Part shown: positions 11,177-22,615 of the stretch, in pieces
Layout of the letters: each line of letters begins with the position of its first letter
How positions within the stretch are numbered: the stretch's first letter is position 1
NCBI GenBank assembly: GCA_963745835.1
Contig: CAVUZH010000022.1
Location: 256,001-320,000, forward strand
Source of the DNA: an uncultured delta proteobacterium
GTDB lineage: Bacteria; Desulfobacterota; Binatia; UBA9968
Direction: 5' to 3'
Length of the DNA stretch: 64,000 nucleotides
Notes under the pieces: generated by a model
Databases searched by the model: none
Seen by the model: the letters and a program-made list of their open reading frames with translations, nothing else
What the model was told of the DNA's origin: nothing
Position numbers and translations under genes: made by a program

Positions 11177-13078
11177 ATGCATATTTTTCTCCGTAGAATC
11201 GTATTTTTAGCGTGTGCCATCTTCGCCGCCGCCATTCCCGGCGCGACTCACGGCCAGACAGCAAAAGCGATCGTGCTTGCATGGGATGGCACGGTCCCAA
11301 CCTTTGTCGATGAATTGACTCGCCAAGGAAAGCTGCCCAATCTGGCAAAGCTCATTGCCGGCGGTGCTTTTGCCGATGATGTGAGGCCCGGATTTCCCTC
11401 GAAGACGGCGCCCGGCTTTGCCTCGCTGATGACCGGTGCGCCACCGCGAGTTACCGGCATTAGCGGCAATCGAGTGCCGCGCGAGCCCCGCGCCGAGTTC
11501 ACGATTCTTGACAGCATGGCTGGCTTTTCGGGGGCGCCTTTGCTTGCGGAGCCAATCTGGGCCGCTGCCCAACGCGCCGGCAAAAAGGTGGTGATTTCCC
11601 ATATTCCTTCCTTTGCAGCAGAAAATTCGGAAAACACGATACGATTCCACGGCTACAGCATGATCGCCGGACGGGACGGTATCGTGACGCCGCGGCTAAG
11701 CAAGCCGCAGCCGGCGACTTCTTGGGACAAGCTGCCGGCCAGCGATGCGCCCGCGCTCGAAATCAGTTTCGCCGTCGCCGCTTCCAAATTTTTCGGTCTG
11801 CTCGTCGATGATCCAGCAGACGAACAGATTGGCTACGACACCTTGCTTCTCACCCGCAGCCGCAACACCGAAGACATAGAAGTGAAACTCAAAAGCACCC
11901 CCGCCGGCGCCACAGGGGAACTCTTCTGGAGCGGCCCGGTAGAAGTCAAAACCACCGGCGAACGTAGTGCCAGCGTTTATTTCAGGCTGTTCGAGCTCAG
12001 GGGCGACGGCAGCGATTTTTTTCTTTACTTCACCCGACCCGCCCGCGCCATGGTTACTCCCGAAGATGCGCTGGAGGGCGCCGGAGAAACGGTACGTTCA
12101 TTCATTGGCAACGGCGCGAGCATTCTCTATCAGCAGGGAAGCTTCGGTCGAACGATCCCCAGCGGCGGCAGTGGCGGCGCGGAAGCGAGATATATCGAAA
12201 CTGTGAGGTTCGCTCAGCATCAGCTTATGGAGACCAACCGCTGGGCATTGGCGAATCTTCCCTGGGACCTGTTCTTTGCCTATACCCCGTTTCCGGATGA
12301 GAGCGAGCACCTCTGGCGCGGCTATCTGGACCCCGGGGTTTCGACTTACCGTAAAGAAGTCGCAGATCGGCTGCGCCCATTCTTGGAGCAGGTTTATAAA
12401 ACCTCTGATGATCATTTGGGTCTTCTATTAGCCAATCGCCCGGCGGACACGATCATCGCGGTGATTTCCGATCATGGCATGCAAGCGGTGAATAAACGTT
12501 TTGCGATCAATCGGCTGCTACAACAGAAAGGGCTGTTAGTAATCGATGCACAAGGTCGCATCGATCTGTCCAAGACGAAAGTTCTCTATCCTTCGATCAA
12601 CAATGACTACCTGTTGATCAACTCGATGGATTTCAAGAACGGTATCGTCGCTGCCGAAGAACGTAAAGAACTCGCGCGTCAAGTAGGTGAGCTGCTCAGC
12701 GAGGTGCGCGATGGCGACCAACCGGTGGTGAAAAACGTATATGATGCCGAAATTTACGGCGCAGAAATGGGCATTGGCGGTCCCTCGGGCGGAGACGTCT
12801 ACATCGAGCTCGTCCCCGGCTACGATTTTGATCCACGAACGACACCGGAGCCGCTGATCACGCAAGTCGAACCGCACGGAAGTCATGGAGCCAACCCGGA
12901 GCAAAGTTCGATGCGCACTCTCATGCTCTTCCATGGCCCGGGAATCGCCGTGGGACATCGGCTGCAAAACGTCCGCATTATCGATTTCGCCCCAACGATT
13001 TCCGGGTTGCTTGGTTTTCCTGCTCCAAAGAACTCAAGCGGCCGCGTGCTGCACGACGTTTCCGCCGCTTTGCATTGA
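11177..13078 (+). CDS. Secreted alkaline-phosphatase-superfamily protein (nucleotide pyrophosphatase/phosphodiesterase-like)
   Basis: Signal peptide, VLAWDG, PSKTAPGFASLMTG (Thr nucleophile), DESEH, ISDHGM and GSHG. Confidence 0.85.
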   Translation: MHIFLRRIVFLACAIFAAAIPGATHGQTAKAIVLAWDGTVPTFVDELTRQGKLPNLAKLIAGGAFADDVRPGFPSKTAPGFASLMTGAPPRVTGISGNRVPREPRAEFTILDSMAGFSGAPLLAEPIWAAAQRAGKKVVISHIPSFAAENSENTIRFHGYSMIAGRDGIVTPRLSKPQPATSWDKLPASDAPALEISFAVAASKFFGLLVDDPADEQIGYDTLLLTRSRNTEDIEVKLKSTPAGATGELFWSGPVEVKTTGERSASVYFRLFELRGDGSDFFLYFTRPARAMVTPEDALEGAGETVRSFIGNGASILYQQGSFGRTIPSGGSGGAEARYIETVRFAQHQLMETNRWALANLPWDLFFAYTPFPDESEHLWRGYLDPGVSTYRKEVADRLRPFLEQVYKTSDDHLGLLLANRPADTIIAVISDHGMQAVNKRFAINRLLQQKGLLVIDAQGRIDLSKTKVLYPSINNDYLLINSMDFKNGIVAAEERKELARQVGELLSEVRDGDQPVVKNVYDAEIYGAEMGIGGPSGGDVYIELVPGYDFDPRTTPEPLITQVEPHGSHGANPEQSSMRTLMLFHGPGIAVGHRLQNVRIIDFAPTISGLLGFPAPKNSSGRVLHDVSAALH

Positions 13079-13146
13079 CAGGGTTGTCGGCTTTTGCATA
13101 GTCTTAAAGTCGTCAGACTCACCAGTGCCTCAAAGAACATTCGCCG

Positions 13147-14439
13147 ATGTCAAACCGATCAATTTGGGAACCGCCGTCCGTCGTCTCCCGTGAAGAAATT
13201 CTAAAGCTTCATCATGAGATTGCGGCGATGCCGGACATCTCATTAAACATCCGTGAGGACATCTTCCGCATTGATGCCTTGGAAATGGCATGGGATATCG
13301 GGGTGGTCGTTTACGAGCCCTCCGATGCTACGAAGATTCCATTCGGGCCCGACGGCAATCGTATCGGCGTCTTCCTCCTTCACGGCGGCGTATCGGATTA
13401 TAAATCGGTCGAGGGCATCGCTCGCATACTGGCGCAGAAGTTCGGCGTCAAAGTCGCCAGCATGACTTTTCCCGGCAGGTTCTACCTGCTCGATCCAAGC
13501 AGGGACTGGCCCGGCGATGTCGAGCGCTCAGATGGGTCGGCACGCACGCCGCTGTGGAGTAAAGAAACTAACATAACCAGAGACCAATACGAGATCGTGC
13601 AAGATGGTTCGAAGCGCGAAAGCTACGGAACTTTGATCTCGCTCTCGGCCAGACAAGGTACTGAGTTTTATGACCGCATGGCGGCTTGGCCAGTGGCGTT
13701 CGAGGAAGCCATTCAAGAAACCGCCAGACGCCATCTACCGCAAAGCCAGTTCTCGATCTATATCCACGGCCATTCCACCGGAGGGCCGTTTGCCATGATG
13801 GCAACGCAACGTGTCCCCAATATCGTCGGCGTCATCGGTTACGGCACTTCTCCATTCGGTTACATGTACCCACAGGTCAGCGGAGACCACTGGGAGTTCC
13901 CGTTTAATCAGCTGCGGCTTCGCACCTGGCGCGATACAGCCCGGTACCTCTACGAAGGAATGAAAGACAAAGGCATGGGCTTGCCGATGCTGATCGAGCT
14001 CACCTTCGAGCGCTGGGAGAAAAGCAAGAAACGGCCGAACTTTAAAGCTGAAGACTTCGTGCACAAAAATTCGGCGAAAGCCCTGGAGGCCGCTGCCCGG
14101 GCCGCGGCGGCGCGGTTGAATTTGTCGGCCAAAGACAGTGAGCGTCTCGTGCAACGGTATTGGGGCTACACACGAGAATTATCCGGTCCCGGAGTCAAAC
14201 CTGTGCCGCCTTTCCTCTCGCTTCACGGGATCAACGACGATACCGTCACCTTGTCCCGCTGTGACAAGGGGCTGTCGCTGTTTGCCAAACTGAATCCTGC
14301 ACCGAAAGTTCGTTGCGTCTCCATCGGCGCGGGAGTCCATACCTGGTCTCACACGGAGCCCGGCCTGCCGCAGGGCATTGCCACGCCGGTGGCGAAACTG
14401 TGGCACGATGCGATCATTAACGGTTTCTTCCTGGCGTGA
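13147..14439 (+). CDS. Alpha/beta-hydrolase fold protein
   Basis: LLHGG, GHSTGG nucleophile elbow, HGINDD and a late GVH histidine. Confidence 0.7.
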   Translation: MSNRSIWEPPSVVSREEILKLHHEIAAMPDISLNIREDIFRIDALEMAWDIGVVVYEPSDATKIPFGPDGNRIGVFLLHGGVSDYKSVEGIARILAQKFGVKVASMTFPGRFYLLDPSRDWPGDVERSDGSARTPLWSKETNITRDQYEIVQDGSKRESYGTLISLSARQGTEFYDRMAAWPVAFEEAIQETARRHLPQSQFSIYIHGHSTGGPFAMMATQRVPNIVGVIGYGTSPFGYMYPQVSGDHWEFPFNQLRLRTWRDTARYLYEGMKDKGMGLPMLIELTFERWEKSKKRPNFKAEDFVHKNSAKALEAAARAAAARLNLSAKDSERLVQRYWGYTRELSGPGVKPVPPFLSLHGINDDTVTLSRCDKGLSLFAKLNPAPKVRCVSIGAGVHTWSHTEPGLPQGIATPVAKLWHDAIINGFFLA

Positions 14440-14448
14440 TTAAACAGA

Positions 14449-15006
14449 GTGTCTATGGCTGAAAAAGATCATCTTATTCTGACGGCGGTGGGACCCGATC
14501 AGGTGGGTCTCGTCGAAAAGCTTTCGGAATTCATCTCGGGCCACGGCTGCAACATCGAGGATAGCAAGATGGCTGTTTTCTGCGGCGAATTTGCCGTAAT
14601 CCTTTTGCTCACCGGCGACAGCGGCAGCCTCTTTAAGATTGCCAATGATCACCGAGCCCTCGAAGCGCAGACCGCTCTGACCATTTCCATCAAAACCCCG
14701 TCCAAACGCAAGACCGCAGAATCTTATCTCCCCTATCGCCTGACTGCGTCGTGCATGGACCACCCAGGCATCGTTTATCAGTTGAGCGGCGTGTTGAGCG
14801 CTCTGGGTGTCAACATCGAATCGATGGAGACCAAGACGTATGCAGCTCCGGACAGCGGCACGCCGATCTTCCGGCTTGAAGCAAACATTTCAGTGCCGGC
14901 CAAAGTGAATATCAATGCGTTGCGTGAACGTTTCTTCGAGATACAGAGACAAGAAAATATCGATGTCGAGCTCGCGCCAATTAATTTTTCGCCAAGGACC
15001 CTCTGA
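14449..15006 (+). CDS. gcvR: ACT-domain protein, glycine cleavage system regulator GcvR-like
   Basis: LILTAVGPDQVGLV...GCNIEDSKM and a second ACT domain DHPGIV...VNIESM. Confidence 0.8.
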   Translation: MSMAEKDHLILTAVGPDQVGLVEKLSEFISGHGCNIEDSKMAVFCGEFAVILLLTGDSGSLFKIANDHRALEAQTALTISIKTPSKRKTAESYLPYRLTASCMDHPGIVYQLSGVLSALGVNIESMETKTYAAPDSGTPIFRLEANISVPAKVNINALRERFFEIQRQENIDVELAPINFSPRTL

Positions 15007-15250
15007 GGTTTTACCGAATTCAGAGTTGATGACGGTGCGCGGCGTTCAATCCTGCTCGTGCAACTGGCAAAGAGCCCAAATGCGAGCATGTCCTCATAAT
15101 ATTTCCGCAATGATCCAAAGAGCAGCACATTGGACGCCAACTGCAAAGCGGCATGTTCAACATGGGTCCCTGAGCATACTGCAATTAGATCGGCTGGTTC
15201 TTGCATCTGAGAAGCGGCCGCTGTCGCATAGAATGACTTTCAAGTAGCAT

Positions 15251-15468
15251 CTAATCGTGATCCGACGTTTTTCAGACCGGCTCGGCCCGCGAGCCCTACA
15301 ACCGTGGGCAATGGGGCAGTGCCTTGAGGGCGACTCCCCAAGCCACCAAGGGTGATGTTACCGGTGGCCCGGGCCTGCAGACACCTGTACGTTCACGTGC
15401 CCACGGTTTCCAGACTCGCTGGCGTCGCTGACCGACTAGTGACGTGAGCTATTGCCGGATTAGGGCTA
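15251..15468 (+). repeat. Family A ~218-bp hairpin/MITE-like element, divergent copy
   Basis: Shares GAGCCCTACA-CCGTGGGCAATGGG-CAGTGCCTTGA, TGCCCACGG and the CGGATTAGGG end with copies at 36670, 51596 and 57432. Confidence 0.75.
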
Positions 15469-15604
15469 ACGAATGAAAAATCTTAGACGATGCAATAGAA
15501 TGGAAAGCACACAGTTCAGGCATGGCCAATTTTTGGCGCGAACAATGAGATCAGAATTCTTGCACGTTTAATCCCGTCTTCCGCAACCTGCCAAGGAACG
15601 TAGA

Positions 15605-18244
15605 GTGACCAAGGAAGAAGAAAGACTCGAAGAGGATCGCCGGCGCAAGGTGAACTGGAAACGCTGGGGACCTTATTTAGCCGACCGCCAATGGGGCACG
15701 GTGCGCGAGGACTACAGCCCTCACGGTAACGCCTGGGAATATCTGCCGCACGATCACGCCCGCAGCCGCGCCTACCGCTGGGGCGAAGACGGCATCGGCG
15801 GCATCTCCGATCGCCATCAATATATCTGCTTCGCTTTGGCGCTTTGGAATGGCCAAGACCCGTTTCTCAAGGAACGGCTTTTTGGGCTGACTGGCAACGA
15901 AGGCAATCACGGCGAAGACGTCAAGGAATATTATTTTCATCTCGATTCGACTCCGACCCACTCGTACATGAAGTTTCTCTACAAGTACCCGCAGCGCGAG
16001 TTTCCCTATGCGCGACTGGTAGAGGAAAACCGCAGGCGATCGAAGCGAGACATGGAATTCGAGCTCGTCGATACCGGAGCTTTCGACGATAACCGCTACT
16101 TCGACGTGTTCATCGAATATGCCAAGGCGGCGCCTGATGACATTTTAGTTCGCATCGAGGCGATCAACCGCGGACCCGAGTCTGCGCCGCTGCATCTACT
16201 TCCAACCATTTGGTTTCGCAATACCTGGGCATGGGGCCTCGATCCGCGCAGGCCGCGCCTGCGTCGCGATGCGACCGCGGAAATCGCGGCTATCAATCTC
16301 AATCACTATTATTACGGCAAACGCTGGCTATACTGTGAGAGCGATCCCGAGTTGCTGTTCACCGAGAATGAAAGCAATCACAGCCGTTTGTTCAGTGCTG
16401 AGAATGCCGCTAGCTTCGTAAAAGACGGCATCAACGACTACTTGATTCACAAAGCTTTGAACGGCGTGAATCCCGAGTCTTCCGGAACCAAAGCGGCAGC
16501 GCATTATTCAGCGGTATTGCAGCCAGGCGCAAGCTTCACGGCTCGGCTCCGTTTCAGCAATCTTTCGCCGATGTCGAGTGAGACGCTCGATGGAAAATTC
16601 GATCAGCTTGTGGCGCACCGCCGCGACGAAGCGGAGGAGTTCTATCGATCGGTCATTCCACAGAATACCAGCCCGGACCGTCGCAATATTATGCGCCAGG
16701 CGTTGGCCGGTCTGCTTTGGAGCAAGCAATTTTATCACTACGACGTCGACCGCTGGCTCAAAGGCGACCCCTGCGGCCCCGAACCCCCGCGCGAACGTCT
16801 CGAAGGCCGGAATTCGGAATGGCGGCATCTTTACAATGCCGACGTGATCTCGATGCCGGACAAATGGGAATACCCATGGTATGCCGCCTGGGATCTCGCC
16901 TTTCATTGCATTGCGCTTGCCTTGGTCGATGCGGATTTCGCCAAGCAGCAACTGCTGCTGATGACTCGGGAATGGTACATGCATCCCAACGGTCAGTTAC
17001 CGGCATACGAGTGGGCCTTCGGCGATGTCAACCCGCCGGTGCATGCATGGGCAGCGTGGCGGGTGTATAAGGTGGAAAAAAAGCGCCGCGGCGTGGGCGA
17101 CCGTCAGTTCCTCGAGCGAATCTTCCAAAAATTGCTGTTGAATTTCACCTGGTGGGTCAACCGGAAAGATACCGCGGGCAGAAACATTTTCCAGGGCGGC
17201 TTTTTAGGTCTCGACAATATTGGTGTATTCGATCGCAGCGCGCCACTGCCGACCGGCGGGTATCTCGAGCAATCGGACGCAACCAGCTGGATGGGCATGT
17301 ACTGCCTCAACATGCTGGCGATTGCACTGGAACTGGCGCGCGAGAATCCCGTTTATGAAGACGTAGCGAGCAAGTTCTTCGAACATTTCGTTTACATTTG
17401 CGAGGCGATAAACAATCTTGGCGGCGCCGGCATCAAGCTGTGGAACGTCGAAGACGGTTTCTATTACGACGTCTTGAACATGACCAGCGGCGAGCGGCTG
17501 CCAATGAAGGTCCGGTCAATGGTCGGACTGATCCCACTCTACGCGGTTGAAACGTTAGATCCGGGGACAGTGGACGCTTTGCCGGGCTTCAAAAGACGCA
17601 TGCAATGGTTCCTCGAGAATCGCCCCGGGTTGAGTGAACACATCGAAACGAGATCCACCGACGAAGGTCCGCAACGGTTTCTATCGTTGGTAAACCGTCA
17701 TCGCCTAACACGCGTGCTGCGATACATGCTCGACGAGAATGAGTTCTTGTCTCCCTATGGCATCCGCGCGCTGTCGCGGTACCACCGCGACCACCCGTAC
17801 ACGCTCAAAGTCGATGGCATGGAGTATCGGGTCGATTACGAGCCAGCGGAATCGAGCACCGGTCTTTTCGGCGGCAATTCCAACTGGCGCGGGCCGATCT
17901 GGTTTCCAGTCAATTTCCTGCTTATCGAATCGCTGCAGAAATTTCATTTCTTTCTCGGCGATAGCTACAAGGTAGAATGTCCGACCGGCTCCGGTCGGAC
18001 AGCCAATCTCTGGCAGGTCGCAGGAGAGATTTCGCAACGGCTAACCCGCATCTTTACCCGCGATCAGGACGGGCAACGGCCGGTCTTCGGCGGCAACGAG
18101 AAGTTTCAAAGCGATCCTTACTGGCGCGACTTGATTCCTTTCAACGAGTATTTTCACGGCGATAATGGCGCGGGCATCGGCGCCAGCCATCAGACCGGCT
18201 GGACCGCCCTGGTGGCAAAGCTGATTCAACAATATGGCGAATAG
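15605..18244 (+). CDS. MGH1-like glycoside hydrolase (GH63 glucosidase)
   Basis: [46 protein letters not shown] and GASHQTGWT. Confidence 0.9.
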   Translation: MTKEEERLEEDRRRKVNWKRWGPYLADRQWGTVREDYSPHGNAWEYLPHDHARSRAYRWGEDGIGGISDRHQYICFALALWNGQDPFLKERLFGLTGNEGNHGEDVKEYYFHLDSTPTHSYMKFLYKYPQREFPYARLVEENRRRSKRDMEFELVDTGAFDDNRYFDVFIEYAKAAPDDILVRIEAINRGPESAPLHLLPTIWFRNTWAWGLDPRRPRLRRDATAEIAAINLNHYYYGKRWLYCESDPELLFTENESNHSRLFSAENAASFVKDGINDYLIHKALNGVNPESSGTKAAAHYSAVLQPGASFTARLRFSNLSPMSSETLDGKFDQLVAHRRDEAEEFYRSVIPQNTSPDRRNIMRQALAGLLWSKQFYHYDVDRWLKGDPCGPEPPRERLEGRNSEWRHLYNADVISMPDKWEYPWYAAWDLAFHCIALALVDADFAKQQLLLMTREWYMHPNGQLPAYEWAFGDVNPPVHAWAAWRVYKVEKKRRGVGDRQFLERIFQKLLLNFTWWVNRKDTAGRNIFQGGFLGLDNIGVFDRSAPLPTGGYLEQSDATSWMGMYCLNMLAIALELARENPVYEDVASKFFEHFVYICEAINNLGGAGIKLWNVEDGFYYDVLNMTSGERLPMKVRSMVGLIPLYAVETLDPGTVDALPGFKRRMQWFLENRPGLSEHIETRSTDEGPQRFLSLVNRHRLTRVLRYMLDENEFLSPYGIRALSRYHRDHPYTLKVDGMEYRVDYEPAESSTGLFGGNSNWRGPIWFPVNFLLIESLQKFHFFLGDSYKVECPTGSGRTANLWQVAGEISQRLTRIFTRDQDGQRPVFGGNEKFQSDPYWRDLIPFNEYFHGDNGAGIGASHQTGWTALVAKLIQQYGE

Positions 18245-18512
18245 GTGGAGTAGTTACTCTCCACCATCACGATAGTGTCCGCTCCGTCGAGTTCTCTCGA
18301 CTGCACTGGCAAGCCGGATTGTTTCCGATCAACTGGCAAAATCGCCGTGCCGAAAAGCATCCTCCGGCGCGGACATAAACGATTCACCTTCGATAAATTG
18401 AGCCAAATCGGTCGACTTGGGCGGCTAAGTTGGGCATATTGGCAAACGGCTGATCCATCGCAAATTACGATATGAACAATCCGGGATTCGTCATCTACGG
18501 CGGACAAAAACA

Positions 18513-19856
18513 ATGACGCCTCGAAAACAAACTGACGCAGCAATCGTGTCTCTCGCGCTCGCGCTTGGGTTAACCACGTTGGCTTTTATCATTGCCAAAA
18601 CCGGTCGCGACGCGCTGTTCTTTCAAGGCGGTGGCGGCCTGTTACAACTGCCGCTCATCTATATCAATATCGCCGGGGCCGCGTTGCCGCTGGCGCTGTT
18701 GTTCGTCAAGGCTATGAAGATCTGGGGCGCGCGCTCAGCCCGAGTCGGGATACTGTTATTTGCGGCCGCGGTACTGGCTTTGACGGCGCCGTTTTTAAAG
18801 CCGGGCGAAAGCACGCTGCTATTGGCGGTGTTTATGTTCATCCCGGCAATCTTCGGAATCATCTTCGCAAGTCTGTGGCTGCTGGCCTCGGACATCTTCG
18901 AAAATGTGGAGAAACGCGAGGCAGCGCGGGCGTTCAGCAAGATCGGCGCGGCGACACTCGCCGGCGGCATGCTCGGTGGACTGATCGCCAAGGGACTCGC
19001 TCCCTATCTACATCCGAAATGGATGATATTTTCCGGCGCAATGATGATTGCTGGGGTGGCTGTCCTGGTGCGGCAAATCCATAAGCGCTTTCCAAGCAAC
19101 ATCGTAACGACGCAAGCCGATGAGCCAAAAAACAGATTCGGTTTTCTGGTTCCGCTGTCGAATAGGTACGCGCAAACCCTTCTATTCATTGCCATGACCG
19201 GAGCGCTGGCCGGCTTGCTCATCGATTTCCAATTCTATGCCGCCGCAACCAGCGCCAATATGGGATCCCAAGGCAACGCGAATTTCTTCGCCAATTTCTA
19301 TATCCTGCTGAATTTCAGCTCGTTGCTGCTGCAACTGTTTGCCACGCCGACGATTCAGGACAAGGTCGGATTGCGCGGCGGGCTCATGGTGCTGCCGCTT
19401 GCTCTGATCGGCGGCGCCACCTTCGCGACCGCCGCGGCAACGGCCCTTGGCCTTTCGGTGCTGCGAGTCACTGAGGGCGGATTGCGCTCCTCCGTGCACC
19501 GGTCGATCTGGGAACAGGCGTTTATCCCGGTCGCGTCCACGCAGCGCTCGTCAGTGAAGATAGCCGTCGATGGCATTGCCGCGAGAATCGCCGAGGCGCT
19601 AGGCGCGGTGGTTATTCTCATTTGGCTCAAGCGGGCGGCTCCAGATGGAAAAATTCCCATGCCCCTCGATACCAGCTGGATGACTTGGGTGTTATTGGTA
19701 ACGGTCGCGGTCTGGTTGCTGATCACCCAAACCCTCAGAGCGCAGATCAAAAAAGAATCGGTTGAAAGCGCGCCCGCGCCGGCTGTCGATATCGACTGCG
19801 AGCGCTTCCCCGATCAATGCCCATGCACAACCGAGCTCGGCAAGGGAATCGCTTAG
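18513..19856 (+). CDS. MFS-fold membrane transporter, Npt/TLC (nucleotide translocase)-like
   Basis: About 11-12 hydrophobic segments; AKTGRDALF, WLLASDIF, LIDFQFY and the LRSSVHRS/VKIAVDG patterns typical of TLC-like carriers. Confidence 0.7.
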   Translation: MTPRKQTDAAIVSLALALGLTTLAFIIAKTGRDALFFQGGGGLLQLPLIYINIAGAALPLALLFVKAMKIWGARSARVGILLFAAAVLALTAPFLKPGESTLLLAVFMFIPAIFGIIFASLWLLASDIFENVEKREAARAFSKIGAATLAGGMLGGLIAKGLAPYLHPKWMIFSGAMMIAGVAVLVRQIHKRFPSNIVTTQADEPKNRFGFLVPLSNRYAQTLLFIAMTGALAGLLIDFQFYAAATSANMGSQGNANFFANFYILLNFSSLLLQLFATPTIQDKVGLRGGLMVLPLALIGGATFATAAATALGLSVLRVTEGGLRSSVHRSIWEQAFIPVASTQRSSVKIAVDGIAARIAEALGAVVILIWLKRAAPDGKIPMPLDTSWMTWVLLVTVAVWLLITQTLRAQIKKESVESAPAPAVDIDCERFPDQCPCTTELGKGIA

Positions 19857-19904
19857 CGGCCTAGCCAAAGAGCCGAAGAGAGCGTCGAGGCGCTTTCTGC
19901 GCGC

Positions 19905-20141
19905 GCCCACACGCTGAGCCGCGAGATCGGTGGACGAGACGAACGCTGGTCGGAGGCGATTGCGGTTGGCGATTTTACCTTCGTCTAAAAGGTGAAGAGC
20001 GAACTCGGATTCAAAACCATGCATCGCAGAGTGATGGAGGACACTGACGCGTATACGCTTCCGAAAGTGAGGCTCTAAGGCCGAGAAATACCCTACTGTG
20101 GGATGAAAACGCTGACTTAGACATAGCGTGTTCCGACCCCG
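19905..20141 (+). pseudogene. RAYT (Y1 transposase) 3' remnant
   Basis: Translates to RDERWSEAIAVGDFTFV*KVKSELGFK, matching REGRWSEAIAIGKLNFVTKMKSELGLK of ORF 26538-27152. Ends in TTCCGACCCC, like the element end at 26472. Confidence 0.75.
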
Positions 20142-20281
20142 CCCGCGATTTCGTCGAAAGCTAAGCCCGCGAAGGATTCAGTTTTTGCGAGCTGGAGCCG
20201 CAATGCTTTTGTCTAGATGAAATCATGAGGCTAGACGGAGCTAAACCGGCACCGCCACTTTCATCTTACAGCGCAAGCTGA

Positions 20282-21211
20282 TTATTTGAGCTTCAGTTCC
20301 TTCTGCACTTCGCGAAGCAGCGAAAAGTCCCGCACTTCATCTACTGGCTTCTTTTTTTCCGTTAAGATGTCCCATTCCTGATCGGTGATCTCGCCGGTCT
20401 TGCTAAGGGAGTTGGCGAGCAGCTCGTACGAACGTTCAGCGACCTCCGGCGACTGCTGGAGATAGCGCATGAGGAGGGGCATAACCTCCTTCTTGTTATC
20501 GAAGACGTAGCGGTGCGCCCGCATCAGCGCCCTCGCCGCGCGTTTTACACGCTGCGGATCTTGCTGCAACAGCCGGTTCGCGACAGCGAGCCCGGAACTC
20601 GGCAGCGCGTACTCGACATCCTGCGGGCCAGCGAGTACGGAGTAGCCCTCGTTCTTGAGAGCGAGATCGAACGGCGGCGAGAGCGATGCCGCCTCCACTA
20701 TCCCCGAACGGAGCGCCTGCGCCCGTACCGGCGCATCGCCGAGCGCGATCGGCTTTACGAAAGTGGGAGGAAAACCTTTGCCCCGGAGCATCTCCTCGGC
20801 GGCACGTTGATCCGTGCCGAATAGAGTCGACACGGCGAGCCGCTTGTCCTTTAAATCCTTCAGCTCTTTCAGCTCCGGCCGGGCCACTAGGAAGTGATCG
20901 GTCTTGCGCACGGAAACCGCCACGAACTTGAGCGGAAAACCGCCGATAATGGCGCGTAGCGTGCTGCCGAACGTTGTCGTGAAATCCACGTCACCGTTCA
21001 ACACCGCGGTGGCTCCAAGCCGCGGATTGATCTGAATCAACTCCGCATCCATTCCCTCTGCCGCGAAGAACCCCTTTTGCACCGCAAAATAAAAGGGAGT
21101 CATGGCGTTGCTACGGCTAGAATAGGAAATCCGAACTTTGGCCGGCTCAGCGGCGCTAACGGTACTGGCGGTCAAGCCAGTGATGATACATGCCACAAAC
21201 AGTAACTTCAT
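20282..21211 (-). CDS. ABC transporter substrate-binding protein (NMT1/SsuA-like)
   Basis: Signal peptide, VRISYS, AVQKGFFAAEG, GDVDF and DLKDKRLAVS. Confidence 0.85.
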   Translation of the reverse strand: MKLLFVACIITGLTASTVSAAEPAKVRISYSSRSNAMTPFYFAVQKGFFAAEGMDAELIQINPRLGATAVLNGDVDFTTTFGSTLRAIIGGFPLKFVAVSVRKTDHFLVARPELKELKDLKDKRLAVSTLFGTDQRAAEEMLRGKGFPPTFVKPIALGDAPVRAQALRSGIVEAASLSPPFDLALKNEGYSVLAGPQDVEYALPSSGLAVANRLLQQDPQRVKRAARALMRAHRYVFDNKKEVMPLLMRYLQQSPEVAERSYELLANSLSKTGEITDQEWDILTEKKKPVDEVRDFSLLREVQKELKLK

Positions 21212-21287
21212 AGTTGTCCTTCGACGTAATTCTCTCTGATGCAATGGCGGGGGTGAAAGGTGTCACCGCGCACAGGATCGGTAATTC

Positions 21288-21992
21288 TCAGCGGAGCTGT
21301 TCCATGTAGTAGCCCAGGGCGCCCCGATAGGCTCGGTCGATGGCCATCGAGTCGCGCGCGCCCTGCAACACCAAATCGCGATCTTCAGGCGTCTTCACGT
21401 AACGTTCGAACATCTCGGAGATATTCTCCGAGTGCTCAGTGTCCGCGGCAACGTGAACGTCGATAGAGATCATTTTCTTGAGATTGATGCCGAGCTCATT
21501 TTCGAATTTCTTGCCGACCCGATACGACATGCCGCCCCCGTTGATGATCTTGCCGTTATTTCGGCGCTCGAGCATGTGCGACGCAGTGTAGGCCGTTAAC
21601 CAATGGCTGCGCAGCGCGACGTGGTGCCAGGCGTAGAAGCAGGCCTGCACCATTGCCGGCACCTCGGCGTTTTCAAAGTCTTCCGGCTTCAAGCCGATCA
21701 CCTCGCCCTGCTTGACGGTCAGAGAGTAATGATCCATGCCTGCGCGCGGGTCGTTGATCAGCTCATCGCTTTCGTGCTCCCAAATCACCCGCTTCACCGC
21801 GAGCGGCGCGCTGCCCTGGACGTAGCCCCAGCAATCGCGCCGATTACTCGTGTAGAGCGCACTCTGCACGACATAGAAACGTCCCCGCTCTAACGTTAAC
21901 GGCACGGCGAAAAACTTTTTGAACTCCACGCTCTCAAACTGGTCATTTACCATCTGGTCCAACGTTTTCAGCAAATCGCTAACAAGATCCAT
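21288..21992 (-). CDS. Heme-oxygenase-like diiron enzyme (CADD/PqqC/TenA-like), copy 1
   Basis: Ligand pattern DEL...DH, MLE, HVAADTEH. GGGGAGA RBS before ATG 21992. Close paralog of 39817-40521. Confidence 0.75.
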   Translation of the reverse strand: MDLVSDLLKTLDQMVNDQFESVEFKKFFAVPLTLERGRFYVVQSALYTSNRRDCWGYVQGSAPLAVKRVIWEHESDELINDPRAGMDHYSLTVKQGEVIGLKPEDFENAEVPAMVQACFYAWHHVALRSHWLTAYTASHMLERRNNGKIINGGGMSYRVGKKFENELGINLKKMISIDVHVAADTEHSENISEMFERYVKTPEDRDLVLQGARDSMAIDRAYRGALGYYMEQLR

Positions 21993-22380
21993 AGTGGTCT
22001 CCCCCAAAAAAATATAAACCACCGATCAGAGAAATAGCAGCCGATCGCGAAGCCCAAATTGTCTCAATTCTGTTTGATGTGCAAGATCGAGAGTTCCTTC
22101 GGTCACGTACTCGAATGCAATGTTGCATCATTATCTTTGCTTCTCTAGCCTTACTTATTGTGATTGCCGTGGCTTTGCCACGGCCAAGGCTTGCGCCGCT
22201 TTCGGCAAGGGATCATCGGCTACTGTGTGCACCGGAGACACGGGCGACTCAGATAATGGCAAACATCTACTCAACGAGGAACAAATTAGGGGTGTTCGCT
22301 CACATGGAATTGCTTTGCGCCTGAATCAGTAGCCCACCACAGCATCCAGAAATCCTGTAGCACCATTCAATGGCCCGGCA

Positions 22381-22615
22381 GTGTCAGGCTTGCGTATTGC
22401 GTTATGACTTCAGCTGCTGCAGCAGGCCCTTCTCAGTTTTAGGTCCCGAGCCGCCGCATACGCTGAGTATAACCGGCTGATGACGGAAGGATCGCGATGC
22501 AGCCGCCTTCCAAGCTCCTTTACACTCACCCTCCCCACTCCCGTCCTAAGTACACCAATCTCGCTGTTACCCAGCGCCGATTACCGAACCCGGATCCAGA
22601 AACAACCGCGGGCGA
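22381..22615 (-). pseudogene. C-terminal HTH remnant of a RAYT-type transposase (different subtype)
   Basis: Frameshifted translation ARLVYLGREWG/VSVKELGRRLHRDPSVISRLY ending in CAAGCCTGAC, resembling the DnaA-like C-terminal HTH of Y1 transposases. Confidence 0.55.

Noticed and set aside
21288-21992. Calling the HDOs pqqC, tenA or CADD orthologs
   Set aside because: Only the fold-level ligand pattern is supported; there is no pqq, thiamine or folate context.
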